The notes: generated by a model from the letters alone, not told the origin. Positions 11,467 to 21,681 are shown, counted from the stretch's first letter. The stretch is DNA of 64,000 nucleotides from an uncultured Acidobacteriota bacterium (GCA_963843575.1 CAWJKZ010000024.1:224001-288000), one strand, 5' to 3'. A program made the numbers and translations.

Positions 11467-12512
11467 CGACCAGGGTGGACGGGACCGATCGACCCGGCGC
11501 CGCGGCTCCCTGTCCCGTTTGCCGGCGCGCCGACGCGCCGTTGTACGGCGTCGGACGCGACCGCCTCTTCGGCCTTGCGCCGGGTGAATACCGGCTGTAC
11601 CGCTGCCGCGGCTGCCGCTGCATATTCCAGCACCCCCTCCCCCCGGAGCCGGCGCTGGCGGGCTTCTACCCCGAGGAATACTGGTGGGACGGCGCGGCTG
11701 GGAACCGCGGGGCCGCTTCCGGGATGCTCGCGCGGGCCGAGCTTCTCTATCGAGAAACCGTCGTGCGCGACCACGTGCGCTTCGTCGCGCGCTGTGCCGG
11801 AGCCGGGGGCTCCGGTCTCCGGCTCCTCGACATCGGCTGCGGGAGCGGCACTTTCCTGGCGATGGCGGGGCGGCGCGGCTTCCAACCCTGCGGCATGGAT
11901 GTCTCCGAGCGCGCGGTCGCGGCCGCCCGGCGGCAGTACGGTCTCGACGTGCGCCACGGCGGGATCGGCAGCGCGCTCTGGGAGCCCGCGAGCTTCGACC
12001 TGGTGACGATGTTCCACGTCCTCGAGCACGTCCGCGACCCGCGCGGCGCGCTCGACTATGCCCGCGGCCTGCTCAAACCCTCGGGACGGCTCGTCGTGCA
12101 GGTCCCCAACGCGAGATCGCTCCAGGCCAGGGCGTTCGGGACGCGCTGGTACGGTCTGGACGTGCCCCGGCACCTCATCAACTTCAGCGCCGACGGCCTG
12201 GAGATCCTGCTGCGCGAGGCCGGACTGGAGATCCGCGCCGTCTCCCGTTTTTCGCTCCGCGACAACCCTGCGGCCCTCGCCTCGAGCGCGGCCCCGGCCC
12301 TGGACCCCATCGGCCGCAAGGGGCGGCGGCGCGACGCCGGCCGGCCGGCGGCCCGGGCCGCCCTCGAGCTCGCCTACTTCTCCCTGACCCTCCTGGCCCT
12401 GCCGCTCGCCCTCGCCGAGAGCGCCTTCGGGCTGGGCGCGACCCTCTGGGTCGCCGCAAGCCCGACCAACAGAAGAATAAGTGGGTCCGGGCTTCAGCCC
12501 GGACGCCTTTAG
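11463..12512 (+). CDS. Class I SAM methyltransferase with N-terminal Zn-binding motif
   Basis: CPVC...CRGC, LDIGCGSG, FHVLEH, LDVPRHL; last codons derive from a REP. Confidence 0.85.
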   Translation: MTTRVDGTDRPGAAAPCPVCRRADAPLYGVGRDRLFGLAPGEYRLYRCRGCRCIFQHPLPPEPALAGFYPEEYWWDGAAGNRGAASGMLARAELLYRETVVRDHVRFVARCAGAGGSGLRLLDIGCGSGTFLAMAGRRGFQPCGMDVSERAVAAARRQYGLDVRHGGIGSALWEPASFDLVTMFHVLEHVRDPRGALDYARGLLKPSGRLVVQVPNARSLQARAFGTRWYGLDVPRHLINFSADGLEILLREAGLEIRAVSRFSLRDNPAALASSAAPALDPIGRKGRRRDAGRPAARAALELAYFSLTLLALPLALAESAFGLGATLWVAASPTNRRISGSGLQPGRL

Positions 12513-12645
12513 ATCCGCCTCATCTAGAAACAGTTTCACGTCATAGTTTCAGCAAACTACGTCCGGGCTGAAGCCCGGACCCACTTGTTTTTCCGGCAGG
12601 CCGGGTGGTTCAACCGCTGGACGACCTCTGAAGCCCGGACCCACC
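12479..12645. repeat. REP family A composite overlapping the methyltransferase 3' end
   Basis: Inverted pair 12479-12586 plus partial unit 12628-12645, same layout as 3444. Confidence 0.9.
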
Positions 12646-12696
12646 TGAGTTTTCATTTGCGCGCTGCCGTGACCACGGATAGGATCTTTCCCCATC

Positions 12697-13695
12697 ATGG
12701 CAAATCTCCGGCTGACGAAAGTGAAAGTGCTGGTGACCGGCGGCGGCGGGTTTATCGGCAGCCACCTGTGCGAGCTCTGCGCCCGCGAGGGGGCGGAGGT
12801 GCGGGCGTTCGTCCATTACAACTCGCGCTCCGACTGGGGCATGCTCGAGCTCCTGGACCGGCGCGTGCTCAAGGGTATCGAAGTGCAGTCCGGGGACCTG
12901 CGCGACGCGGAAGCGGTACGCCGGGCGGTGCGCGGATGCAACTTCGTGTTCCACCTCGGGGCTTTGATCGGCATCCCCTATTCGTACGTGAACCCGCTCG
13001 ATGTCGTGTCCACGAACGTGCTGGGGACTGCGCACGTGCTGCAGGCAGGCCGCGAGTTTTCGATCGAACGCATCGTGCAGACTTCGACGAGCGAGGTGTA
13101 TGGCACAGCGCAGTACGTGCCCATGGACGAGGCGCACCCGCTCGCGCCGCAGTCCCCTTACGCGGCGTCGAAGGTGGCGGCCGACAAGCTGGCTGAAAGC
13201 TACCACAGGGCTTACGGCCTCCCTGTCACCATCGTGCGGCCGTTCAACACCTACGGCCCGCGCCAGTCGCCCCGTGCCGTTATCCCGACGATCGTGCTGC
13301 AGGCCCTGCGGGGCAAACGGATTCGGTTGGGTAACACGGGCCCGAGCCGCGACCTGACCTTCGTCACCGACACGGCGCGCGGTTTCGTCGACGCCGCCTT
13401 GAGTCCGGCCGCGGAGGGGCAGACGGTGCAGCTGGGTTCGGGGACCGAGACCTCGGTGCGGGACTTGGTCGCCGCCGTCGCGGCGATTCTCGGCAAGGAA
13501 CTTGTCGTCGTGCGCGAGCGCCGGCGTGAACGACCCCGGGGAAGCGAGGTGGAGCGCCTGTATGCGTCCAACCGGCGCGCCGCCGACCTGACAGGCTGGC
13601 GGCCGACGGTGCCGCTGGCGCGGGGTCTGCAAAAAACGATACACTGGTTCCGTGGCCGGACGGCCCTTTACAAAACGGATCTTTACCATGTCTAG
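12697..13695 (+). CDS. NAD-dependent nucleotide-sugar 4,6-dehydratase (LegB-like SDR)
   Basis: GGGGFIG, ALIGIPYSY, STSEVYG, YAASK, RPFNTYGPRQ. Confidence 0.9.
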   Translation: MANLRLTKVKVLVTGGGGFIGSHLCELCAREGAEVRAFVHYNSRSDWGMLELLDRRVLKGIEVQSGDLRDAEAVRRAVRGCNFVFHLGALIGIPYSYVNPLDVVSTNVLGTAHVLQAGREFSIERIVQTSTSEVYGTAQYVPMDEAHPLAPQSPYAASKVAADKLAESYHRAYGLPVTIVRPFNTYGPRQSPRAVIPTIVLQALRGKRIRLGNTGPSRDLTFVTDTARGFVDAALSPAAEGQTVQLGSGTETSVRDLVAAVAAILGKELVVVRERRRERPRGSEVERLYASNRRAADLTGWRPTVPLARGLQKTIHWFRGRTALYKTDLYHV

Positions 13696-14482
13696 CCCCA
13701 CAGAACCGCAAATCGTCGTCGTGCTGCCGGCGTACAATGCGGCGAAGACCCTCGAGCAGACCTACGCCGATTTGCCCAAGGACAAGATCTCGAAGATCAT
13801 CCTGGTGGACGACGTCAGCCAGGACCAGACCGTGGAGGTCGCCAAGGCCCTCGGGCTTTCGGTCGTGATCCACGTGCAGAACCGGGGTTACGGCGGCAAT
13901 CAGAAGACGTGCTACCTCGAGGCGCTCAAGCACGGCGCGGACGTCGTGGTGATGCTCCACCCCGATCACCAGTACGACTCGCGCCTCGTCCCCGAGCTCG
14001 TGCGCCCCATCCTGGAGGGGCGCGCCGACATGGTGATGGGCTCGCGGATCATGAACGGTCGCGCCCTCCAGGGGGGCATGCCGAAGTGGAAGTACCTGGC
14101 CAACCGGGCGCTCACCATCACCGAGAACTTTGTCTTCCGCACCCGGCTGACCGATTGCCACAGCGGATTTCGCGCCTACAGCCGCAAGCTGCTCTCCACC
14201 GTCCCGTTCCTGCTCAACTCCGACGATTTTGTCTTCGACTCCCAGATGATCGCCCAGGCGGTGCACCTGGGATTCACCATCACCGAGATCGCGGTCCAGG
14301 CTCGTTATTTCCCCGAAGCCTCCAGCGTGAACTTCAAGGTGAGCACCGTTTACGGCATCAAGACGCTGGGCGTGCTCGGGAGTTTCCTGCTGCAGCGGTC
14401 CGGCGCAGCCCACTTCCGCATCTTCGAACGCACTCTGCCGGAGGTGATCAGCAAGTACTACCATGAGGGGATCTTCCGCTGA
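13688..14482 (+). CDS. GT2 glycosyltransferase, polyprenol-phosphate sugar synthase-like
   Basis: LPAYNAA, VDDVS, NRGYGGNQKT, HPDHQY, HSGFRAY. Confidence 0.9.
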   Translation: MSSPTEPQIVVVLPAYNAAKTLEQTYADLPKDKISKIILVDDVSQDQTVEVAKALGLSVVIHVQNRGYGGNQKTCYLEALKHGADVVVMLHPDHQYDSRLVPELVRPILEGRADMVMGSRIMNGRALQGGMPKWKYLANRALTITENFVFRTRLTDCHSGFRAYSRKLLSTVPFLLNSDDFVFDSQMIAQAVHLGFTITEIAVQARYFPEASSVNFKVSTVYGIKTLGVLGSFLLQRSGAAHFRIFERTLPEVISKYYHEGIFR

Positions 14483-14509
14483 GGCCCGGCCGTCCTGAAA
14501 GCCCGGCCC

Positions 14510-15604
14510 GTGCACCCGCGCCCGAAGGGTGGAGCAGAGCGATTGTATCTACAGTGCGAGCACAACTCGAAACAACCGGGACTCGTTCCCGGTCTGGTTT
14601 CGGTCGTGGTGGTGAACTGGAACGGGATGGGGTACCTGCCCGAGTGCCTCGAGTCCGTCCGAATGCAGTCGTACGACCGGAAGGAGATCGTGGTCGTCGA
14701 CAACGGCTCGACCGATGGCTCGCGCGAATGGCTGCGCGCCCACCCGCCCGAGTGCGGCCGCCTGGTCCAGCTCGACTCGAACCGCGGCTTCGCCGGCGGC
14801 GTGAACGCGGGCATCCGCGTGTCGTCCGGTGAATACGTCGCGCTGCTGAACAACGACGCGGTCGCCGAGCGCGACTGGCTGACGCACCTGGTGGCCTCCG
14901 CGGCCGATCCCGCCGTCGGTATGGTCGCCTCGAAAATCCTGTTCTACGACCGGCGCGGCGTGATCGACAAGACGGGCCACCTGCTTTACCCCGACGGTCT
15001 GAACCGCGGCCGCGGGGCGGGCGAGACCGACAGCGGGCAGTACGACCGGGACCTGGAGATCCTGTTCCCGGACGGGTGCGCGGCCCTCTACCGCCACCGG
15101 ATGCTCCACGAGATCGGGCTGTTCGACGAAGAGTTCTTCGCCTACGGCGACGACGCGGACCTCGGGCTGCGGGCCTGCTGGCAGGGCTGGAAGTGCGCCT
15201 ACGCGCCCGGGGCCCGGGTCTACCACCGCCACTCCAGCAGCCTGGGGAAATACTCGCCCGAAAAGGCGTTCCTGGTGGAGCGCAATCGGTTCTGGGTCGC
15301 GGTGAAGCTCCTGCCCTGGCACCGCCTCGCCCTTTCGCCGTTCTTTACAATGTGGCGCTTTTGCTGGCACATTAGCAGTGTTTTCGCAGACAGGGGGCTG
15401 GCGGGGGGCGTCGCCCGGGACCACAACGCAGGCAGGCTGGCGTGGGCCTTGGTGCGCGCTTACGTCTCCGGCATATCCGGCCTGATCAACATCCTGCGCA
15501 AGCGCAGGGACGTGTTCCAGACGAGGCGCATCCGTTCGGCCGAATTCTGCCGGCTGATCCGCAAGTACCGGATTTCGGCCCGGGAACTCGCGCTGCGCGA
15601 CTGA
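14510..15604 (+). CDS. GT2 glycosyltransferase (WbbL-like); start uncertain
   Basis: VVVNWNG, VDNGSTD, NRGFAGGVN, LLNND, FFAYGDDAD. Confidence 0.85.
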   Translation: MHPRPKGGAERLYLQCEHNSKQPGLVPGLVSVVVVNWNGMGYLPECLESVRMQSYDRKEIVVVDNGSTDGSREWLRAHPPECGRLVQLDSNRGFAGGVNAGIRVSSGEYVALLNNDAVAERDWLTHLVASAADPAVGMVASKILFYDRRGVIDKTGHLLYPDGLNRGRGAGETDSGQYDRDLEILFPDGCAALYRHRMLHEIGLFDEEFFAYGDDADLGLRACWQGWKCAYAPGARVYHRHSSSLGKYSPEKAFLVERNRFWVAVKLLPWHRLALSPFFTMWRFCWHISSVFADRGLAGGVARDHNAGRLAWALVRAYVSGISGLINILRKRRDVFQTRRIRSAEFCRLIRKYRISARELALRD

Positions 15605-15609
15605 TCACT

Positions 15610-16662
15610 ATGGCCACGACGGTCTTTCTCACCGGGGGTACGGGCTACCTCGGCGGCACGCTCCTGCGTCAGCTCCTGGACGCGGGCTACGCCGTGCGCG
15701 CGCTGGTCCGGCGCGCGCCGGCCCCCCTCCCCGCGGGCGAGGTGGAGCCGGTTGTGGGCGACCTTTCGGATCCGGACCGCCTGGCCGGGCCCATGAGGGG
15801 GTGCGCCGCCGTGTTTCACAGCGCGGCCCTGGTCTCGTGCTGGGCCCGCGACCGCCAGGACTTTTACCAGACCAACGTCGACGGTTTGCGCAACGTGTTG
15901 CGCGCCGCGGCGGCTGCGGGGACGGGAACAGTAGTCTACACGTCGTCGTTCTTCGCGCTCGGCCCGGCGGAACTGCCGGGGGCGCGCGAGGACTCCGGGG
16001 CCGAGCCCACAAGTGGGTACGGGCTTCAGCCCGGACGTAGTTTGCGTTGGCTTGGCGGCGTGTGCGGAACGCCCCCCTATCTTCACAGCAAGTTTCTGGC
16101 GCGCGCAGAGGCCCGGCAGGCGAAGGCGTCGGGATTCCCGATCGTGATCCTGTATCCCGGGGTGATCTACGGCCCGGGGCGCCGCACCGCCGGGAACCTC
16201 GTCGGCCGCCTCGTTGCGGACTTCGTGTCGGGGCGCATGTCCGCGCTGCTTGGCAACGGCCGCCAGATCTGGTCCTTCGCTTTTATCGAGGATGTCGCCC
16301 GCGGCCACCTGCGGGCCATGGAGCGGGCCGCCGGCGGGGGCGAGTTCGTCCTCGGCGGCGACAACGTGTCGCTGCGCGGGTTTTACGAGATCCTGGCGCG
16401 GCTTTCAGGCCGGCCCGCGCCGCGGCTGCGCCTCCCCGCGGTGCTCGGCGCCCTGGCCGGCGCGCTCGAGTTCGCGCGCGCGCGGGCCCTCGGCTCGATC
16501 CCCGCCGCCACCCCGGCCACCGTGCTGGCGATGTACAAGAGCTGGGCTTGCGATTCGGGCAGGGCGCAGGCGGAACTGGGGTACGACTGCACGCCCCTGG
16601 AACAGGGGCTGCGCCTCACGCTGGACGCGATGGACGTGCCCACCGGCGAGGGGCGCCAATGA
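15610..16662 (+). CDS. NAD-dependent epimerase/reductase (HpnA/DFR-like SDR) with in-frame REP insert
   Basis: TGGTGYLG, FHSAA, YTSS, YLHSK, YPGVIYGPG. Confidence 0.85.
   Translation: MATTVFLTGGTGYLGGTLLRQLLDAGYAVRALVRRAPAPLPAGEVEPVVGDLSDPDRLAGPMRGCAAVFHSAALVSCWARDRQDFYQTNVDGLRNVLRAAAAAGTGTVVYTSSFFALGPAELPGAREDSGAEPTSGYGLQPGRSLRWLGGVCGTPPYLHSKFLARAEARQAKASGFPIVILYPGVIYGPGRRTAGNLVGRLVADFVSGRMSALLGNGRQIWSFAFIEDVARGHLRAMERAAGGGEFVLGGDNVSLRGFYEILARLSGRPAPRLRLPAVLGALAGALEFARARALGSIPAATPATVLAMYKSWACDSGRAQAELGYDCTPLEQGLRLTLDAMDVPTGEGRQ
16011..16045. repeat. Single REP-A unit inside a CDS
   Basis: AAGTGGGTACGGGCTTCAGCCCGGACGTAGTTTGC; one mismatch to the reverse complement of 12552-12586. Confidence 0.9.
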
Positions 16663-16705
16663 TCCTGCGTTCGTGGAACGCCGCCGGAGCGGATCGGAGT
16701 TGCGC

Positions 16706-17425
16706 GTGCTGAATTCACGGGTGAAAAGCCTGGCCCGGCGCATCCTGCCGGACGTCGTCGCCGGATGGCTCGACCCGGTCGAGCGCACCATCGACTCCGA
16801 GGTGCGCCGTGCCGCCGCGCTGGTGGGCGACGGCCAGGTCGTGCTCGACGCCGGCGCCGGGGAAGCGCGGCACCGCGGCTTTTTCCAGCGCGGGCGCTAT
16901 GTCGCCCTGGATGCCGGGTCCGGCGACCCGGCCTGGGATTACTCGGGGCTCGACGTCCGCGGGGACCTGGGGTGCCTCCCGCTGCGCGCCCGCAGCGTGG
17001 ACGGGGTGCTCTGCATGGTGGTCCTCGAGCACACGCGCGACCCGCGCCGCACCCTGGCGGAGTTCGGGCGGGTTCTCAAACCCGGCGGTTTCCTGGTCAT
17101 GGTCGTGCCTTTCCTCTGGGAGGAACACCAGGCGCCCCACGACTACTTCCGGTTCACCCGCCACGGCGTGCGGCTCCTCTTCGAGGGCCTCCCGTTCAGG
17201 ATCGACCTGCTGTCCCCGCTCGGCGGCTTTTTCCGCGTTTGCGCGCGCCGCTGTGTGAACCTGCTCGGCTTCTTCCAGCAGGGGTGGCGCTGGCCGCTCT
17301 TCGTGCTGCTCGCGCCGTTTTTCGGGCTGCTCTTCCCGGTGCTCCTCCATTTTCTCGACGGGCTGGACCGTTCCAGGGAATTTTCCCTGGGTTTCCAGAT
17401 CCGGGCGACCAGGGACCAGGACTGA
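16706..17425 (+). CDS. SAM methyltransferase type 11; start uncertain
   Basis: LDAGAG, VVLEH, RVLKPGG, HQAPHDYFRFT. Confidence 0.85.
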   Translation: MLNSRVKSLARRILPDVVAGWLDPVERTIDSEVRRAAALVGDGQVVLDAGAGEARHRGFFQRGRYVALDAGSGDPAWDYSGLDVRGDLGCLPLRARSVDGVLCMVVLEHTRDPRRTLAEFGRVLKPGGFLVMVVPFLWEEHQAPHDYFRFTRHGVRLLFEGLPFRIDLLSPLGGFFRVCARRCVNLLGFFQQGWRWPLFVLLAPFFGLLFPVLLHFLDGLDRSREFSLGFQIRATRDQD

Positions 17426-19017
17426 TGCCGGAGACAAAGACCAGCCCGGTCCTCGACCACGGCCTCGTCCTGCTGCTCTGTGCCGCGACGTGGGGCATCA
17501 ACGCCGCGTGGCTCAGGATGGACACCCGCCCCCCGGTCTGGGACATGGCCATGCACCAGGCGTACGCCCTAAACTACCTGCCGGATGGACAGCCGCCGGG
17601 GTTTGCCCACGAGCGCTCGGGCACCTATCCGCCGTTCGTCCACCTCGTCATCGCGGCGTTCTACGCAGCCCTGCACCCGGGGCGCAACGTCGCGGCCCTG
17701 GCGAACCTCCCGGCCACGCTGTTGCTGCTGTGGGCGATCTATCTCCTTGCCCGGGACCTGTCCGGGGCATCCGCGGCACGCTGGGCGTGTTTCTTCACGG
17801 CGGCGACGCCCTTCCTGCTCTGGATGTCCAGGGAGACGGTCCTCGACTACTGGCTTTCCGCGTGGTTCGCGGTGGCGCTCCTCCTGCTGCACCGTTGTGG
17901 TTCGTTCGAATCAAGGCCCGCCGCCCTCTTGCTCGGCCTCGTCATCGGTCTCGGGATGCTGACGAAGTGGTTTTTTGCCGGGCTCCTGGTCTTTCCCCTG
18001 GGCTTCGTGCTGGTGCGGCAAAGGATTTGGCGCGACTCTGAACGCATGGTCCGGCTGTTCGACGCGCTTCTGGTGGCGGGGTTCGCGGCGGGCGTGTGGT
18101 ATCTGCCGAACATCCCCCGGCTGATGGCCTACTTTGGCGCGAACATGTCGATCGGGGCGCGCGAGGGGGAACCGCCGGTGCTGTCGTGGCAGTCCGCCAT
18201 CTACTACCTGCGGCTGCTCGAGGGCTACCAGTTGTTCGCGCTGCTGTTTGTCGTCGCCGCGGCCGGGACGGCGGTGGCGCTGAGGAGACGGCTGCTGTCC
18301 GACCCGGCCTTCTGGGCCGTGTCGGTCGCAGGCGGGTGGCTCGTCTTCACGCTGCTCAGGACCAAGGACCCCCGTTTCACCATGCCGCTGCTCGGGCCGC
18401 TGATGATCGCCTCCGGAGCGTGGCTGTCCTCCTGGCGCCACGATTTCACGCGCGGCGCGGCCAAGGTGGCGGTCGTCGCACTTCTGTGCGTCCAGGCCTA
18501 CGCCGTCAATTTCGGCATCCCGTGGCTCCCGCGCGCCGTGGTGCTGGCCCGGGGATATCAGGGCTCGCTGCGCTGGGACTGGAACCTCTACCTGCAGGAC
18601 TATTTCGGCATTCTCGGGCCGCCGCGGCGCGAAGACTGGCGCCAGCACGAGATCCTGGGCCGGATCGCGCGGCATGCGGCTGAAAACCGCGAGCGCCCGT
18701 CCCTTGCCGTGGTCCCGGACCTGCCGCATTTCAGCGCCGCGAATTTCCTGCTTCAGTCCCGGCTGGACGGTTCGCCCATGAGGGTCGACCACCCGCAGTC
18801 CGCGGCCGCTGGAGTCAGGGCCTTCGACGGTTTCAGCTATGTGCTGATGACCGAAGGGGACCAGGGGATGTCGTGGACGACCGGCGCCGCTCGCGCCCTG
18901 AACCAGATTATCGTGGACGAGCACGACGTTTTCCGGATACTGGAGCTCTACCCGCTGCCAAACGGGGATTACGTCCGGCTCTATCACATCGACCGGGAGG
19001 GAAGAACCGGTGGGTGA
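17425..19017 (+). CDS. GT-C membrane glycosyltransferase (ArnT/PMT-like)
   Basis: PPVWD loop, YPP, GLGMLTK, multiple TM helices, KDPRF. Confidence 0.8.
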   Translation: MPETKTSPVLDHGLVLLLCAATWGINAAWLRMDTRPPVWDMAMHQAYALNYLPDGQPPGFAHERSGTYPPFVHLVIAAFYAALHPGRNVAALANLPATLLLLWAIYLLARDLSGASAARWACFFTAATPFLLWMSRETVLDYWLSAWFAVALLLLHRCGSFESRPAALLLGLVIGLGMLTKWFFAGLLVFPLGFVLVRQRIWRDSERMVRLFDALLVAGFAAGVWYLPNIPRLMAYFGANMSIGAREGEPPVLSWQSAIYYLRLLEGYQLFALLFVVAAAGTAVALRRRLLSDPAFWAVSVAGGWLVFTLLRTKDPRFTMPLLGPLMIASGAWLSSWRHDFTRGAAKVAVVALLCVQAYAVNFGIPWLPRAVVLARGYQGSLRWDWNLYLQDYFGILGPPRREDWRQHEILGRIARHAAENRERPSLAVVPDLPHFSAANFLLQSRLDGSPMRVDHPQSAAAGVRAFDGFSYVLMTEGDQGMSWTTGAARALNQIIVDEHDVFRILELYPLPNGDYVRLYHIDREGRTGG

Positions 19018-21151
19018 TTCTGCCATGCGGCCCTTTGTCTGCGATCCCCGCCTCTCGGCCTTTCGCGTCCAGCGCGACCTGGCGCTGCTCGTGCTCGTGG
19101 TCGCGGCTTTCTCGTTGCCGTTCCTGGGGCAGCCGTTCCACATGGACGACAACTTCTACCTGGACATGGCGCGCAACGCCCTCGACAAACCGCTGTTCCC
19201 CAACGACACCCCCTACGTGTTCGAGGGCCGTCTCCTCCCCGACATGGGCTCGCACTCACACCCGCCGCTGCACACGTACTTCCTGGCGCTGGTGCTCCGG
19301 TTGACGGGCGGCGGGGCGGGGACCGAATGGGTGTTTCACGTCTGCGCCCTGATATATCCGCTGATGGCGGTGGTCGGTTTTTACTTCATTTCGATGCGGT
19401 TCCTGGAAACGCCGGTCTGGCCCGCCCTGATGCTGGCGTGCACGCCGCTCTTCATGGTGATGCAGCACACCCTGATGACGGACGTCCCGACCCTCGCCTG
19501 GTGGCTCGTCGCGATCGCCCTGTTCCTGCGCGGCACCGACCGGGGCAGCCGGCGCCTGCTCGCCGCCAGCTCGGCCTTCCAGTTCGCGGCGATGTTCACG
19601 AGTTACCAGTCGGTGGCGCTTACGCCCCTGCTCGCGTACTACCACGCGCGCAAGGGCGGCCGGCGCGCGGGCTGGTTCGCGCTGGCGGCCCCGCCGCTTC
19701 TGCTGGCCGCGTGGTTCGGGATGAACTACGCGCACTACGGCCGCTTCCTCCTGGCCGACACCGCCGGGTACATCGCCTCGCGCGACCCTCGTTCCGCCGC
19801 CGCGCTCTGGACGAAGCTTCTCGCCCTCCTCCAGTACCAGGGCTGGCTGGCGGTGTTCCCCGTTTTCCTGCTGTACGTCTTCGCCCGGGGCCTGCGCGGG
19901 CGCGTGCCGGCGGCGGCGGTACTGGCGGTGATCTGCGTGACGCAGGCGGCCGTCCCGCAGTATCGCATCCCGGACAAGGCCATTTTCGCGGTCGGCCTGC
20001 TGGCCGGGGCGGCGGTTCTCGTGCACCTGGCCCGTTTCTGCGCTATGGCGTTCAGAAGGCCGGCGGAGTCCGGTTTCGGGCCGGTCGAGGGGCAGTTCAT
20101 CGCGCTCTGGTATTTCGGGGCGGCCACCTTCTGCCTGCTGATCTTCACCGAGGGCTCCGCGCGCTACATCCTCCCGCTCGTGCCGCCGCTGCTGATCTAT
20201 TTCTTCCGCCGGCTCGAGATCGCGGAGGCCTCGGAGTACCGCAGCGTACCCCGGCCGCTGCTCGGCGCCGCCATGGTCGCCAGCGGCAGCGTCGTGATGT
20301 CTCTCGGCTGGGGGCTGCTTCTCTCGCACGCCGACCAGGAGTTCGCGCGCGTGTATCCTCGGGCCGCCGGCGAATTCGCCCGCATCACCGGCGGGATGGA
20401 CTCCTATTACGCGGGCGAATGGGGTTTTCGCTATTATTTCGGCCGCGAGGGTGCGAGGCAGCTCCCCGTCGACGAATCGGCGGCCCGCGGCGGCAGCTGG
20501 CTGGCCCGCCCCAGGCTCGCGCTCCCCTACGACGTCCCCGCCGCGCTCTGGACGATGGCCATGCCCGTTCAGGCGCTCTCCTACGACGTAGGCACCCCCA
20601 TCCGGCTGCTCGACTCGCAGGCGCCGGCGGGTTTCTACTCGACCTCGTGGGGGCTGGTCCCCTTCTCGCTCTCCCGCGCCAGCCTTGACATCATCGACGT
20701 GCGGCAGGTCAACTATCTTGTCGAGCGGCTCCCGTGGGCCCGGATCGATGCTCCTCCCGGAGACGCTCCCTGGCCGGGATTCGCCGAGATCCAGGGCTCC
20801 GCGCCACTCGCCCTCCTGGTGAAGCCGGGCACCCGGGTGCGCTACCCGTGGGAAGGCACCCGCGCGATGGAGTTGCACCTGAAGCTCGGCATCCCCGCCG
20901 ACTCCTGGGCGGAAGGCGAAGGGAGGCCCCTGGACGTCCGGATTGTCCAGCGCGACTCGTCGGGCGATACCCTGGCCCGCTTCGAGAAGACCCTCAACCC
21001 GGGCATCCGCAAGGAAGACAGGGGCTGGGTTCCGGTCAGCCTCGGACTCGCGGGAGGCTCGGGTCCGGACGGTGTGCTGGAATTCGAAGTGCGCGGCGCT
21101 GCCGGAGGAAGGGCCGCATTCGCGCAGGCTCTGCTGAGGGCGGCCCAATGA
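19010..21151 (+). CDS. GT-C membrane glycosyltransferase with C-terminal soluble domain
   Basis: FHMDD acidic loop, HPP, LMTDVP, ARYILP, multiple TM helices. Confidence 0.8.
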   Translation: MGDSAMRPFVCDPRLSAFRVQRDLALLVLVVAAFSLPFLGQPFHMDDNFYLDMARNALDKPLFPNDTPYVFEGRLLPDMGSHSHPPLHTYFLALVLRLTGGGAGTEWVFHVCALIYPLMAVVGFYFISMRFLETPVWPALMLACTPLFMVMQHTLMTDVPTLAWWLVAIALFLRGTDRGSRRLLAASSAFQFAAMFTSYQSVALTPLLAYYHARKGGRRAGWFALAAPPLLLAAWFGMNYAHYGRFLLADTAGYIASRDPRSAAALWTKLLALLQYQGWLAVFPVFLLYVFARGLRGRVPAAAVLAVICVTQAAVPQYRIPDKAIFAVGLLAGAAVLVHLARFCAMAFRRPAESGFGPVEGQFIALWYFGAATFCLLIFTEGSARYILPLVPPLLIYFFRRLEIAEASEYRSVPRPLLGAAMVASGSVVMSLGWGLLLSHADQEFARVYPRAAGEFARITGGMDSYYAGEWGFRYYFGREGARQLPVDESAARGGSWLARPRLALPYDVPAALWTMAMPVQALSYDVGTPIRLLDSQAPAGFYSTSWGLVPFSLSRASLDIIDVRQVNYLVERLPWARIDAPPGDAPWPGFAEIQGSAPLALLVKPGTRVRYPWEGTRAMELHLKLGIPADSWAEGEGRPLDVRIVQRDSSGDTLARFEKTLNPGIRKEDRGWVPVSLGLAGGSGPDGVLEFEVRGAAGGRAAFAQALLRAAQ

Positions 21152-21681
21152 ACGCCGCGATCACGAAGGTGGCCGTGCTGGTGACGACCGCGGCCCTCGC
21201 CGCCTGCGGCTCCCGCCCCGAGGCCGCGCCCGGCAAGCCACCGGACCTCGATCTGCTGCCGCGGCTGGCTCTCGCGCTCGAACAGGCGGGCAGGCAGTCG
21301 GGCCGGCCCGGCTTCGAGGTGACACGCGGCGGCGTCCGCCGGCGGTGCGCGGTCCTCATTGCGCCGGCGCAGGTCGCCGTGCGGGTCGGGGGGGTGAAAG
21401 GCAGTCACACGCTCGAACTGGTCGCCGCCCCCGTGTTCAACATCGGGGACGGCGTGGACCTGGAGGTGACGCTAAACGGGCCGGCGGGGGCGAGGCTGCT
21501 GCTGTCGCGCCGCTTCGACCCGGCGCGGCGCGCCGATGACCGGGCCTGGCAGAAAATCGGGATCCCGCTGGATCTGACAGGCGCGCCCGACGAGACGATA
21601 CAGTTTCGCCTGGCCGGCGGCCCCGCAGGCGATCTCGTGGACGACTGGCTGGCCCTGGGTGCGGTCAGGCTGGTGAATTAG
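21148..21681 (+). CDS. Lipoprotein of unknown function
   Basis: ATG overlaps upstream stop; lipobox LAAC. Confidence 0.7.
   Translation: MNAAITKVAVLVTTAALAACGSRPEAAPGKPPDLDLLPRLALALEQAGRQSGRPGFEVTRGGVRRRCAVLIAPAQVAVRVGGVKGSHTLELVAAPVFNIGDGVDLEVTLNGPAGARLLLSRRFDPARRADDRAWQKIGIPLDLTGAPDETIQFRLAGGPAGDLVDDWLALGAVRLVN

Noticed and set aside
14483-14530. Degenerate REP-A remnant (CTGAAAGCCCGGCCC)
   Set aside because: The match is too weak in GC-rich DNA
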